The notes: generated by a model from the letters alone, not told the origin. 64,000 nucleotides of DNA from Octopus sinensis (GCF_006345805.1 NC_043024.1:8618001-8682000), one strand, 5' to 3'; shown: positions 14,157 through 27,222, counted from the stretch's first letter. Translations and numbers: made by a program.

Positions 14157-15124
14157 CAAGGGGGTACTCAAAAGCAACCAGAATCATTCTCTTTGGAACA
14201 AACCTGTCCTAGTCGGGCTTTTGCTGCTAGAAGCCACTTGATTCAACCCTCAGGCATCAGCCAGCTGACCAGCAGCATCGGGTGTGTCTTTGTTTTGCAG
14301 TGCTTCTCCCCTGTCCGTCGACTTTTATAATGTCTGAAATGAAAGAACAGCATGCTTCCGTGAAATTCTGTTTTCTGCTGGAGAAAACGGTGGCTGAAAC
14401 AGTTGCCATGCTTCAGACAGCTTACAACCATGTGGCCATGAGCAAAGCACGAGTTTATGAGTGGTTTTCATGCTTTAGGAATGGTTACTTATCGCTTGAA
14501 GAACCAACTTCATGCAGGGCGACCTTCAATCTCCATTTTTTTCTTCACCTCTTTTACATCTGCAGCTTCCATAGCACCAGCTTTCATCACCAGTGATAAC
14601 CTTACAAAAAAAAGGTTTGGATCAACTTCCAACTGTTCTTTTATTTCCCAATACTAGTCTTGGAGGACCACCACTGGACAATTGACGAACTTGTGGATAT
14701 GATTGGTGAATCGTGGAGTTCCTGCTACGGCATTTTGAGCAAAGAATTGCATATGAAAAGAGTTGTACCAAAATTTGTGCTTTGCTTGCTCACGGAAGAT
14801 CAAAAGCAATCACAACTGAACGCATGTCATGAACTGAAAGAGCAGTTAAGAGTTGATCCGGACCTTTTTTCGAAGGTCATCACTGGTGATAAAAGCTGGT
14901 GCTATGGAATTTGCAGATGTAGAAGAGATGAAGAAAAAAATGGAAGCGTTAAAAGGCATCACTTTGCAAGAATTCCAGCACTGCTTCGAACAGTGTAAAA
15001 CACATCTGAGCCAAAACATTGCTTCAAATAGAGAATACTCTGAAGATGATAAAAATGTAAATATATAAAACTAAGTGACTAAAATAATGTTGCAAAATTC
15101 TGGTTTCTTTTGGGTACCCCCTCG
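14157..15124 (+). mobile_element. Internally deleted mariner transposon relic
   Basis: TA-flanked 28-bp TIRs (CAAGGGGGTACTCAAAAGCAACCAGAAT / reverse of CGAGGGGGTACCCAAAAGAAACCAGAAT). Transposase fragments MSEMKEQHASVKFCF...VYEWF, ...SKVITGDKSWCYG and ...FQHCFEQ. Most of the DDD domain is missing. Confidence 0.92.
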
Positions 15125-15835
15125 TATATATCTTAATATTTTTGTTTAGTTGGGTTTGTGTTAGTCTTGATCTATGTACGTATGTGTGTATGTGTGTGTA
15201 TAAAGTACACGCCATCACATACATTTCATCGCTTGTTTTTCATTTATACAGGAATTGGAAAGTTCTGCAAACCTCTGTGCACAAATAAGCAGTATGATCT
15301 TATACAACATCTCTCTCTATTTATCCATCTATTTCTTTATTACCCACAAGGAGCTAATGCTTAGCGGTATTTCATCTGCCATTATGTTCTGAGTTCGAAT
15401 TCCGCCGAGGTCGACTTTGCCTTTCATCCTTTTGGGGTCGACAAATAAAGTACCAGTTACGAACTGGGGTCGATATAATTGACTTAATCCCTTAGTCTCT
15501 CCTTGTTTGTCCCCTCTATGTTTAGCCCCTCGTGGGCAATAAATACATATATTTTTTTATTGTTTTACCCGTTTCATTCACCTGACTGCGGCCATGCAGG
15601 AGCACCAACCCCAAGACTTATTTCTTAAGTCTAGTACTTATATTGTTGGTCCATTTTCCTGAACCACTCAGTTATGGTGACTCAGTCACCAGTTGTCAAG
15701 CAGCGATGGAAGGACAAACACAGACACAAAGATATATATATAATATATATATATCCTTAAAATCCTTTAAAATGTTTTAGCCCGAAGGCCGCGGCCATGC
15801 TAGGGCACCACCGCTGTATGTATGTATATATATAT

Positions 15836-15867
<32 letters not shown>

Positions 15868-16065
15868 CACACACATACACATATCTGATGGGCTTCTTTC
15901 AGTTTCTGTCTACCAAATCCACTCTCAAAGCTTTGGTTGGCCTGAGGCTATAGTAGAAGACACTTGCCTAAGGTGCCAATCAGTGGGACTGAACCCAGAA
16001 CCATATGGTTGGGAAGCAACCTTCTTACCACACAGCCATGCCTGTGGCTATATATAATATGTATA

Positions 16066-16119
<54 letters not shown>

Positions 16120-16609
16120 TATCATGTTAGGGCTTGCTTGCTTGCCTAAGCATGTGAACACTGGATGTAGTGGACTCTGCAGAACCCTTCATGGTTGATC
16201 AAAGAGGAAGGCAGCTGCAGGAGTGTGGAGAGAACAAGATGAGGCAAAAGTAAGACATCTTGATTCATCCCCTGCATGCCCTCCCTCCCTCATCATCTTG
16301 GCCAAGTCTTTCCACTTCAGTGAAGATGGTCACAGATGAGAGAGTGAGGCTGATGTTGCACAATTCTTCTCAACTTTAAATCAGGGTTTCTCAACCATTG
16401 TTTATCTATGGACCCCTTCGATTACTATTTTATTCTGGTAACCTCCCCCCCCCCAAATAGCCATTCGGTGTTTAAAGCTAGCTTTATAGAAACTGCTTTC
16501 AAAATCCTTAATTTGCTTTTCTCACATTAACATGTATAGTTTGAACTATATAAAGTGTTTTAGAAAGAAACCCAACTATCTCTTGCAATGGTTATCAGGG
16601 ACCCTTAAT

Positions 16610-16885
16610 ATACGCTTGACTTGTCTTGTCTTGAGACAGCATTCACCCGGGGTGGGTTGAGCTGGCTTCATTCATCCTCAATGCTGCATCTCTCACAAAC
16701 GCCGACCAGGCCTGGTGATTTGAGGCTGACGACCGCGTGATCTCCAACCACTCCTTATTCCAGCAGCGAACGCCGTAGATATAGGGGCCTAGGTTGGGTT
16801 CCAGATCAGCCTTGACTGTCATCAGCCAGGTTTTTCGATGTTCACCACATCGCTTTCGCCAACCCTGATGTGGTGGACAACGAAA
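16610..16885 (-). mobile_element. Retroelement fragment (same family as 54840-55300)
   Basis: Shares GACTGTCATCAGCCAGG...CACCACATCGCTTTCGCCAACCCTGA with the 54.9-kb copy. A LINE origin is inferred. Confidence 0.55.
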
Positions 16886-16924
16886 AAAAAAAAACCTTCA
16901 GATATTCCTCATATCGCACCTTAA

Positions 16925-17133
16925 CCCTTTAGTGTTCATATTATTCTATCAAACATAATGCTTATTGATTCACATTGATTTGAATTAATCATGCATTATC
17001 TCATATCTTCAAGAGCTTGATGGTGTAATTACTTAATGTAGAATAACATTGTAGGGTAGGTGTGAGAGCCTGGATCTGGTCAGTTTGAACATAAAACAGA
17101 TTAAATATTATGGCCGGTTTAAATACTAAAGGG
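16925..17133. mobile_element. piggyBac-like MITE nested in the hAT element
   Basis: TTAA|CCCTTT...AAAGGG|TTAA. Confidence 0.8.
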
Positions 17134-17169
17134 TTAATATACTGTTGTAGATCCCCAACTTACTATTTT

Positions 17170-17420
17170 GTCGCATGGACCTCCCATGTTATTATTATCA
17201 GGTCACTGCCTGGAATTGAACTCGAAATCTTGGGGTTAGTAGCCCGTGCTCTTAACCTCAAGATTCCAAGTTCGATTCCAAGCAGTGACCTGAATAATAA
17301 TGATAATATCAAAAAACACCTAAGGAAAGAGAATCTGTGTTTGAAATTTCCCCTAGACACCCGATGAAGGCTGGAGGATATATCAGCTGAGACATTGCAT
17401 TAACAACAAACAAGATGGGC
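17170..17420. mobile_element. Truncated foldback element with tRNA-like axis and a hammerhead relic
   Basis: Inverted arms around TTAGTAGCCCGTGCTCTTAA. Same family as 18601-19030, with the axis in the opposite orientation. Confidence 0.7.
17356..17398 (+). ncRNA. Degenerate minimal hammerhead motif
   Basis: GACAC CCGAUGA A GGCUG-loop-CAGCU GAGAC AUU. Core is mutated (U4C, GAGA). Confidence 0.5.
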
Positions 17421-17716
17421 CCTGGTTGAAAACCACTGCTTTAAATAAAGTTACCATGCAGTTGTCATCAATTATCCTTCACTTGCGATGACAAGACGTT
17501 TGTCATTGCTCTGACCGATGAGCACAATGATGGAAATCTTCTTAACACTCTTAAACGTTCCTGACAATTGTATAAATTTGCAGAACCGTCCAACTCCATG
17601 TCAGTGTGGTAACTATGGTGCAAAAGAAAAACCAAAAAAAAAAAAGTTCGAGTTTTCCAAAGTCAAGTGGAGTCGACCGAGCAAATTCTAATGTTTTATT
17701 GATTTTCCAATTTCAG

Positions 17717-17887
17717 AATATGTCTCAGCCAGTACAGCCTGGCATTGGTTTGTCGCCAACTGCTGGAGGTGGTGGACCACGTATGCCAGCAGCTACTACC
17801 GGAATGGCGGGAACAGATTTGTTTGGCGCCAAGCCTCCTACAACAAAATCTCAAACCCAACCAAATGATCCATTTGGTGCTTTGTGA
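17717..17887 (+). CDS. PICALM: Last coding exon of PICALM/AP180, ending ...PNDPFGAL-stop
   Basis: tttcAG acceptor at 17715-17716, phase 0 consistent with the preceding exon. Contains DLF and DPF adaptor-binding motifs. TGA at 17885-17887. A DPFGAL C-terminus is typical of invertebrate LAP-type proteins (recalled). Confidence 0.85.
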   Translation, partial: NMSQPVQPGIGLSPTAGGGGPRMPAATTGMAGTDLFGAKPPTTKSQTQPNDPFGAL

Positions 17888-18680
17888 AAGCCGAAATTTT
17901 TATTGGCCATCAAAGTAAGAGTCTTCTTGTATTTCCATCTGTGTCTTCTGTTGTTTTTTTAGATTTGTTTCTTTACATTTACCATTCTTTAGCATTTCTT
18001 CCCTTTCTATACCAGTGTGTGTGTGTGTTTTGTCTATTGTTCTTTACATTTGGTGTTAGGAAGGGCATCCAGTTGTAGAAACATAGCCAGATCAGATTGG
18101 GGCCTGGTGCAGCCTGCTGGCTTGCCAGTCCCCTAGTCAAACCGTCCAACCCATGCCAGCATGGAAAAATGGACGTTAAACGACGATGATGATGATGAAT
18201 TCAAATTCCAACATGGTCAGCTTTGCTTTTCATCCTTTCGGGGCCCAGTGAAATAACGTACCAGTCATGTCCTGGGGTGAATGTAATCAACTGTCACCCT
18301 TCCCCTAAAATCGCTGCACCTAAGCCCCAGTTGATTTGTTTATTGCGATCAAATGTTGATGCCATGTATCAACTCATTCCCTTCATCAAATCGACATTGT
18401 ATGAACCGGTATACGGTGTACCACGTTTCAGATGTCATAGTGATCGCAAAGCAACATGAGATGAAGTACTTTTGCTTGAGAACACAACACAGTACCTGGT
18501 CCAGGAACTGACCCCTGGATATTGCGATTGTAAATGCAGTGCCCTAACCACTAAGCCATACACGTTCAGAGAGTAATATACCGATAATTATTTTAAAAAT
18601 ACAGTTCTATATTTAAGAGATGAGGAATTATGTACATTATTTACATTTGACAGATATTTGTCCTCATCTTGTTTGTTGTT

Positions 18681-18726
18681 AACACAACGTTTTGGCTGAT
18701 ATACCCTCCAGCCTTCATCAGATGCC
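18681..18726 (-). ncRNA. Minimal hammerhead motif with G12A
   Basis: GGCAU CUGAUGA A GGCUG GAGGGUAUAU CAGCC AAAAC GUU GUGUU. Stems I and II pair, and AACGUU is palindromic. Confidence 0.6.
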
Positions 18727-18948
18727 TGGGGGAAATTTCAAACATGGGTTCTCATTCCTAAGGTACTTTTTGATATTATCATTATTATTCAGGTCACTGC
18801 TTGGAATCAAACTTGGAATCTTGGGGTTAAGAGCACGGGCTACTAACCCCAAGATTCCGAGTTCAATTTCAGGCAGTGACCTGAATAATAATAACAACAA
18901 CATCAAAAATACCTTAGGAATGAGAACCCAAGTTCGAAATTTCCCCAA

Positions 18949-18990
18949 GACACCTGATGAAGGCTGAAGGGTATATCAGCCAAAACTTTA
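18949..18990 (+). ncRNA. Degenerate minimal hammerhead motif
   Basis: GACAC CUGAUGA A GGCUG-loop-CAGCC AAAAC. Cleavage triplet and stem I 3' strand are deleted. Confidence 0.5.
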
Positions 18991-19044
18991 ACAACAAACA
19001 AGATGAGACAAATATCTGTCTAAGGTAAATAAAATTATTTTTAA

Positions 19045-20051
19045 CCCTTTCATTACCAAACTGCCCGAATTTACCTATTCATATTTAAATGAGAATATCA
19101 GAGCAAATCTCTTTAGTACATTCGTGAAAACACGTGATTATGCTTCGTAAACAGTTTATCTACAGTTTTGTACAACGATCGATGTGTAATTTTAATTCCC
19201 TGAATTTTGGGAGATTTTTTTCGGCATCGATTTTTCTTCAACTTTGAAAATGGATAGGAGTTTCATGTTATCAAGCATTGATTCCGAATTGGAAAATTTG
19301 TGAAACAAATACTGGGTACTGTTGTGGATTTAGTTTTTATACAGGGAAACTAATGTTAGTCAGCGTGGCTTAGGGTATGATGTGGTCTGGAAGTTATTGT
19401 TTGAAGCGATCAATGCAGAAACAAACTTACGCAGAATGTAAACAAACACAAAATGGGGGTTAAAATTTCGGAAAATTTGTGAAGCAAATACTGGGTACTG
19501 CGTGGATTTAGTTTTTATACAGGGAAAATAATGTTAGTCAGCATGGCCTAGGGAACGATGTGGTCTGGAATTTATCACTTCCATACCATAACCAGGGCCG
19601 TATATTATTTTTTGACTGATTTCTTTAGTTCGGTCAAACTTACGGTGGATTCCAGTATTTCACTTTATTCCACCTTTATGGTACACCTGTTGTGCATTAA
19701 ATTCAACTGATTATCTAGTGATGTGCACAATTCTTCTTTATCAAAATTTTGTTGCATACCCATTTGAATATTAGCTGATGATTCCTTCTCTATGTTTAAA
19801 CAAAATTTTAATATTTTTACCTTTTGCTCAATTTACCTGGATTTACCTGTAATTAGAGTCACTTTGAGACAAAAGTTATGCAATAGAATTGATTAAGAAC
19901 CCTTTCTTTAATTATGTTCCAAATATCACATTAATATGTTAAGTAAAAAAGTTAGTTATTTAATGAAACAAGCCTAAATTCATGATTATTTTAGAATTTA
20001 ATTGAAACTCATGAGGGGTGTATTTTGGTCAGAAATATAGTAACGAAAGGG
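19045..20051. mobile_element. About 1-kb piggyBac-like non-autonomous element
   Basis: TTAA|CCCTTTCATTAC...GTAACGAAAGGG|TTAA. Internal direct repeat at about 19275-19400 and 19470-19570. Confidence 0.8.
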
Positions 20052-20165
20052 TTAAATACCCCTCACACCCTGTATTTATTTTATAATTGTTTTCTTTTTT
20101 TATTTTATCAAACATTTTTTCTCCATATAAGTCTACATATACCCTTTTCTTTCTAATTCTTTCAG

Positions 20166-20194
20166 GTGCTCTTGTGAACCAAGTACAGCAATAT

Positions 20195-20230
<36 letters not shown>

Positions 20231-20559
20231 GTGGACATCTACACACAATCAACCATACATACCAATAATATATATTGTGATACACTGACACACATACACA
20301 CACACATGCACACACATATATATATATACAGACATATACAAACTCATACATATATAGTTAAATGTCTATACATACATACACACATATATAGATGTATGTA
20401 CATAATATTATATATATATATATATATACATATATATGTTTGTGTATATGTATGTATGTATGTATGTAGAACATTGGCCCAGTGTATATAATGAACCTAT
20501 TTCCCAGTCTCCCTGCACTAAGAGGACACAATAATACGGACACAGCTTGGACACTTCTT

Positions 20560-20597
<38 letters not shown>

Positions 20598-21345
20598 CCT
20601 CTCTCTCTTATACTCTCACTCAGTTTCACTCACACTCACACTCTAACACTGGATATGAAGTATGACTCGAAGGAACCTTGAAGTAGTTTTGTCCAACGAC
20701 AGAACAGTTGAGATGTACAGTTTGTTATTCTATAATTATTATTATTATTATTATTATCATTATTTCTAGCTTTTTGGGGCTTTTTTTCTTTTTTGCAATG
20801 ATGTACAGCCAATTATCTACTTACACACACACAATCATACATACATACACAATAGATGTATATTATATATATATATTTTTAGGATATATAATGCACACAC
20901 ATGTAGTATATATCGCATATGCTATATATGACTTCATGCATATTTATATCACATGTATGAATATATATATGTGCATGTTTGTATATATATATATATATAT
21001 ATATATGCATGTGTGTGTGTGTATATGTGTAATACATAATAGTATATAGTATATGTATATATAGTCTATATATATAGTATATATATATTATATTTATATA
21101 GTATTTACTATATATATGCATACATATTTAGTATATATGCATACATATTATGTGTGTGTGCGTATATATATCTGTGTATGTATATAGTTTGTACACACAC
21201 CTTTAACAATCAGATATATATATATATGGAGTCCAGTGATAGTCAGACATGCCAAGTATACAACTAGAGACCATTATGGATTTGAATGACAGGTTGAGTA
21301 TACCTATACCAGTGACCAGTCAAACTGGGTGTGTGTGTATGTATA

Positions 21346-21403
<58 letters not shown>

Positions 21404-21460
21404 TATACATATACATATACATATATATATATGTGCATATATGCACGGAGCTCAAAAGTA
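20166..21460 (+). other. Probable 3' UTR exon of the PICALM homolog (3' end undetermined)
   Basis: Donor AAA|GTAAGA at 17915, 27 nt after the stop. Strong polypyrimidine acceptor ttctttctaattctttcAG at 20164-20165, followed by UTR-like low-complexity sequence. Confidence 0.45.
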
Positions 21461-21735
21461 AATAAACACTATCTTTTTTGAAAGATTTATTTCTAGAAAG
21501 AAAATGTCCTTTGGTGCATTTAAATACTTAATCTAGTATTTTAGTAGATGTCGCTTGCGCAGTTTTTTATTGATTCCTCCTGTTTGGGCATCGTACTAAT
21601 GTTTAGCATCCACACAAGATAAAAATGGTTTTAACGAAGATTTAACGAAGAGAGGTGTCTATTTATTTTTCGAGACGTCTGTGCATGTGTGTGTGTATAT
21701 ATAAATATATGTGAAATAACAAACAATCAATTAAT

Positions 21736-21773
<38 letters not shown>

Positions 21774-23737
21774 TGATCGATGAACAGGCGAAAAGAAAAT
21801 TTTGAATAATCTTAAAAGAAATCAATGGGAAAAAAAAAAAAAAATCAACAGAGAGAGACAAAAAAAAAAAAAAACCACCTTGATCCTCCCTCAAATCCTT
21901 TTTTCTTTGTCCTCGACCTGCCCCCCTCCCCGTCTTGTTCTTCACTTTTTCCCAACCTGATATAGTTGTAGTAGATAAAAAAAAAAAAATCCACTTCAAT
22001 AATAACAACAACAGCAACACTATCACCACCACCACCACAATTCCATTCTTCCTCCTCCACCTCCTTCTACTCTTCGTCTTACCTCAAAACTTTCACCTGC
22101 CTCTTTACGTCTTGTACACAAGAAAGGAAGATAAAAATTGACGACAAACGATCTGATTTGATTTGATCTGGTCTGGTGCAGCAGTAGTTGTAGTAGTAAT
22201 GATAATTGTAATAATAATAATAATGATATTATAATGGTGTAGAAAGCAAATTATGTTTGGCTTAAAAAAAAAAAATGTTGACCACTTCCTTCCTGCCTTC
22301 CTCTCTCAACCCACCTCATGCATATACACATGAAGTACATACACACACACACACACACACACACACTCATATATATGTATATATATATGCCACACACATA
22401 TACACCTGTCTTTGAGGGTTGACAATCTTTTGCAAGGAAATAATCTTTGGGGAAGGTAAATCAAAGAGATTTATTTATTTTATGATATTGATGATGATGA
22501 TGATGATTATGATGATTATTTGGTGATGGTGGTGATGGGTGTGGTGATGGTGGTGGCTGTGGTAGTATGATGATTTCTGTGTGTGTATATACACTCTCTC
22601 TCTCGCACACACACACACACACATAATAAATGAATGGAAACCAGTAAAAAACACAAGAGGCACAAGTTTTCACAAAGATGTTATTTTAAGCTTGAAAGGG
22701 AAAAAAAAATGAAGATATTTCAGACATGGAATAAAAGGGGGGAAAAAAACGAAAGATAGAGAGAAAAAAAAATTGGTTATGGGCCAGGTGAGAATGCTAT
22801 TCTGTGAGGAAGTTGTGATGGGAAGATACAGATAGGCGCAGGAGTGGCTATGTGGTAAGAAGCTTGCTTACCAACCACATTGTTCCGGGTTCAGTCCCAC
22901 TGCATGGTACCTTGGGCAAGTGTCTTCTACTATAGCCTTGGGCTGACCAAAGCCTTGAGAGTGGATTTGGTAGACGGAAACTGAAAGAAGCCCAACATAT
23001 ATGTGTGTGTGTGTGTGTGTCCCTCCCACCATTGCTTGACAACCGATGTTGGTGTGTTTATGTCCCCGTAAGTTTGCAATTCGGCAAAAAGGGTCAATAG
23101 AATAAGTACTAGGCTTCTAAAGAATAAGTCCTGGGGGTCGATTCATTAAACTGGAAGTGGTGCTCCAGCATGGCTGCAGTCAAATGACAGAAACAAGAAT
23201 ATATATATATATTATAGACACACACATATACAATATGTTACTCTCAATACCACAATGACCACCACCGATAGGGCACCAACCAAGGACCATTACAAACCCC
23301 TTGTCTACCCATAACAACATCACCAACACCATCAGCTATAATGGAAAAAAATACAACCAGCCCCAACACCACCATCACCACCCAAAGCAGGTCGTGTTTG
23401 TTTTCCATGTTTATCATTTTGATTGTTTCTTTCCAAAATCTGAAACATTACCTCAGCAAACCTACACACATACTATATATATATGTGTGTATATTTATAT
23501 GTGTGTGTATATGTATATATACACACATACACACAATCATGGTGGTTCTGCTGGAAGATCTCTTTTGTTTTCGTGTTCTTGCTATGTCTTTTGTTTCCAT
23601 ATTTTAAGAAATTTCATCCGAAAGAAATGCTTTTTTTTTTTATATGTATATATTTTCGTTTGTACATTTTCCATTTTTATTTGTCGTTACCTCATATCTG
23701 ACACATACATACATACACACACATATATATATATATA

Positions 23738-24047
23738 TCATGGAACCTTGGTTTAAGAATCTAAATTGTTCCTGAAGACTGTTCTTCGCCCGAAATATTT
23801 GTAAACTGAAATTGTTTTCCCCCCCATAGGAAATTCAAGAGAATGCACAGTAAATTTCAGTAGGGATGGGCACTATAGAAAGCTAGACAGCAACCCCTTG
23901 GTACTCCCAGTTTGTTGTCAACTGTTGTTCCCAGCTTGTTTGTTATTCAAGACACCGTTCATCACCTGAGATGTTTTATGTTTGATAAATTGTTCGTAAA
24001 CCAATTTGTTTGTGATGAGAGGTATAAGGAAACCAAGATTCCACTAT
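23738..24047. mobile_element. Degenerate Tigger/pogo-like MITE
   Basis: Termini TGGAACCTTGGTT / AACCAAGATTCCAC. Confidence 0.55.
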
Positions 24048-27000
24048 ATATACATATATATATACATACATACATATATATACCCGAGATTTATTGGTAG
24101 AGTATCTGACTCCTGATGTCTGGAATTATTTGATTACAACCTTTCTTCTCGCTTTCATTTCCTTCCATAGTTAATAATTCCCTACTACCTTACCCTCAAA
24201 AAACTCCCAACCCCGACCAAATGCTGTGCCCTTGTGCCCGTCTTAGAAATTACTAGATTTACAAGTCAGAGAAAGACAGTCTGTAAAACTAAATGTTACA
24301 TAGGATTTAGTTTAGATCTGTGTCCATATCTCATGAGGTTGGACTTCATCATTGTCAGCGGGGATGCGAATAACGTACTACCTTAGAAATTGTCATTAGC
24401 ATGTTGGGTGGAACATCAGACTAAATATCTCATGATATATTTATACACATAAGGAATCCACTCATGATATATTTATAAACATAAGGAATACACAATTATG
24501 TGTATAAATATACACTATATCGTATGACTAATATATAGTCTTCTTGACTAATTTTTTTTTGGCACGTTAGACCACTGGAAATGTAAATTTTGATTGAATG
24601 TTTTAATTTTAATTAAATTCCATTTCCCTTTGACATGATTAAATATCTCATGATATACATAGAAATGTATATATAATTTTTTTTTTTTTTTTACTTTTCC
24701 ATAGTCAACTAACCGTGACGTCAACTTTGCCTTTCATCTATCTGGGGGATCAAAAGAAAGTACCAGTCGTGTACTGGGGTAAATCTAAATGGCAAACCTA
24801 TTCCCCTACCCCCTATCTGTGGCCTTGTGCCTCTGTTTATAATCTCAAACAGTGTTATTTACCTTTCATCCTTCTGGGATTGGGGTTTATTTAATTGGCT
24901 ACCCTGACCTCCACAAAAGTTTGCGCATATGTGTGAAGCCCTTATTATTAGAGCAGCGACCTGGCAGGGTTGTTAGCATGTCAGACAAACTGTTTTGCAG
25001 TATTTCTATCAGATCTTTATTTTACTGAGTTCAAATTCTGCCAAGGGATCGACTTTGCCCTTCATCCTTCAGAGGTTGATAAAACAAATACTGGGGGTCA
25101 ATGTAATCGACTTCCCCTTCCATTTTAAATCGTTAGTATTGTGTCAGGATTAGGAAGGATTATTGTTATTAAAGCAGCACGCTAGGCAAAATACTAAGTG
25201 ACATTTTGTCTGACTTGATGTTCTGAGTTCAAATGCCACTGAGGTAGACTTTGCCTTTCGTCCTTCCAGAGTTGATAAATGAAGTAACAGTGTTATCAAC
25301 TAAACCCCTCCCCACAAATTTCAGGACTTTTGCCTTTAGTAGAATAGATTATTATTATTATTATAGACAAAAATAAAGTTTCTTGACTAAATGCTAGTAA
25401 TTCTGTTTCAAGCCAAAGCCAGCTTCTCACATCATGGGAATAATTACCAGTCAGGTATAGGGGTTGGGCGGAGGCAGTAGGGAGGGAAGGGCTGGGCCTA
25501 TTCATTGACAATTCCTACCCCCCTTCCCCCATCCATTTTTCCTAGGTAACTAATCACAATCATCATCATCATTCCTTTTACACCCCCCTCATTGAAACCG
25601 ACTGCACCATTCACCCTTCCCCTATAGCAGTGGGTCACACATATATATATATGTATATATATATATGCGCATATATATATACACACAGGCACTCACACGT
25701 ATATATATATACTAGTAATATACTCTGGTTTGAATCAGACTTCAACAACCCCTTGTCACCCCCAACTCTCTCCCAGTCCGCCTGCTCCCCTTCTGTGGCT
25801 TTGTGCGCCAGTGTCAGATGTTATTATTATTATTATTATTATCTTCCTTCTCACCGAAGAAGTCAAGTGTTTGCCTTTTTCTTTCTTTTTTTTTTTTTTC
25901 CATTCATTTTGTGTGTGTGTATCGAGGTCTTGGTAGAAATCAGCACCAGTAATATATTTGGGTCCATTCCAGTGACTATACTGCTTGTCTGCAATCTTTG
26001 TGGACTTATTATTGCCTCCGCAAAAGAAATCATCCTTTTAACCATTGATAATAATAATAATGATGATATTAATATTATTATTATTATTATTATTATTACT
26101 ATTGTTGTTGTTGTTATATATATATAAAAACAGTTTTGTCTATTCATGTTTTGAGTTCAAATATTGCTGGTTATTTTATCATTTTTTTCCCTTTTATTTT
26201 ATTTTTTTTTTTTCCCCTTTTTTTTTTTGCCTTTTCTCAAGGCATTTTTTGCCTTGGGTTAATTTAGAAAAATAAACCCAGTCAGGTACTGGGTTCAATG
26301 GACAAACCCCCATCCTCTGAAAATTACCGCCCTTGGGCCTTAATCTCAAACCATTATTATTATTATTAATTCTGAGTTAAAATTCTGAGGTCAACTTTGC
26401 ATTTCATCCTTTTAGGGGTCAATGAAATAAGTAACAGTCAAACACTGGGGTAATTGTAATCGATCAGCTACCTTCCCCGAAATTTCAAATCTATACTAGA
26501 AAGGATTATTATTCATCATCCTGAGTTCTAAATCCTCCAAGGTCGACTTAGCATTTTATTCTTCCAGGGTCGATAAAATATCAATGTAACTGTCTAACCC
26601 CTCCCCCCCAAAATTTCGGCCTCGTGCCTATTGTAGAAAGGCAGTTATTGGCAGTGGTTGGTTAAACATATTACCCTTGTACTATTTAGTTATATCCCTT
26701 ACGTGATCTGATTTTGAAATAACCTGCTAAAGTGCTGAGTATGTATTTAATCAAATCTAACCTTGCCCACCACAAAAAAAAAAAAAACTAAGTCCTTTGT
26801 GCCTATTTTAGAAATTATTAATGTTATGAGTTGGCAGAATTTCGGGGCATGTCACACAAAATACTTAACAAACAGCTTGCAAAAAAAAATGCTGTTTTGC
26901 CAAGGTCAGATTTTCCTGTCAACCTTTTGAGCGTTGATAAAATAAAGTGCTAATCAAGTACTGGGGCCCAATGACTTCAACAAAGCACTCTCTTTGTAGA

Positions 27001-27222
27001 ATGGTTGGCCCTGGTGAGCTGGCAGAATTGTTAGCACATCAGACAAAATGCTTACTTGTATTTCTTTCAGCTCTTTACTTTCTGGGTTCAAATCCTACCG
27101 AGGGTCTACTTTGCTTTCTCATCTTTTTGGGGTTGATCAAATTAGCACCAGCCAAGTACTGCAGTTGATTGTAGCAACTAGAATCACTAGCTCTGTACCT
27201 AAATTACAAGCTATTATTTTAA

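Larger units (their letters stand above)
16382..17438. mobile_element. hAT-type MITE carrying three nested insertions
   Basis: Termini CAGGGTTTCTCAACC / GGTTGAAAACCACTG. Identical 8-bp TSD CTTTAAAT at 16374-16381 and 17439-17446. Confidence 0.8.
18601..19030. mobile_element. Foldback Penelope/retrozyme-like element with a hammerhead motif in each arm
   Basis: Long inverted arms around GGTTAAGAGCACGGGCTACTAACC. Each arm carries CTGATGAAGGCTG...CAGCC(A)AAAC reading outward. Confidence 0.75.

Noticed and set aside
11485-14241. Long ORFs up to 459 aa rich in Y/I/V/M/C
   Set aside because: They are translations of (TA/TG)n microsatellite, open in several frames and on both strands. The same applies at 34.0-34.5 kb and 44.1-45.6 kb.
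17584-17608. PICALM micro-exon after tttgcAG
   Set aside because: All available GT donors give 16, 20, 22 or 25 nt, which break the phase 0/0 frame.
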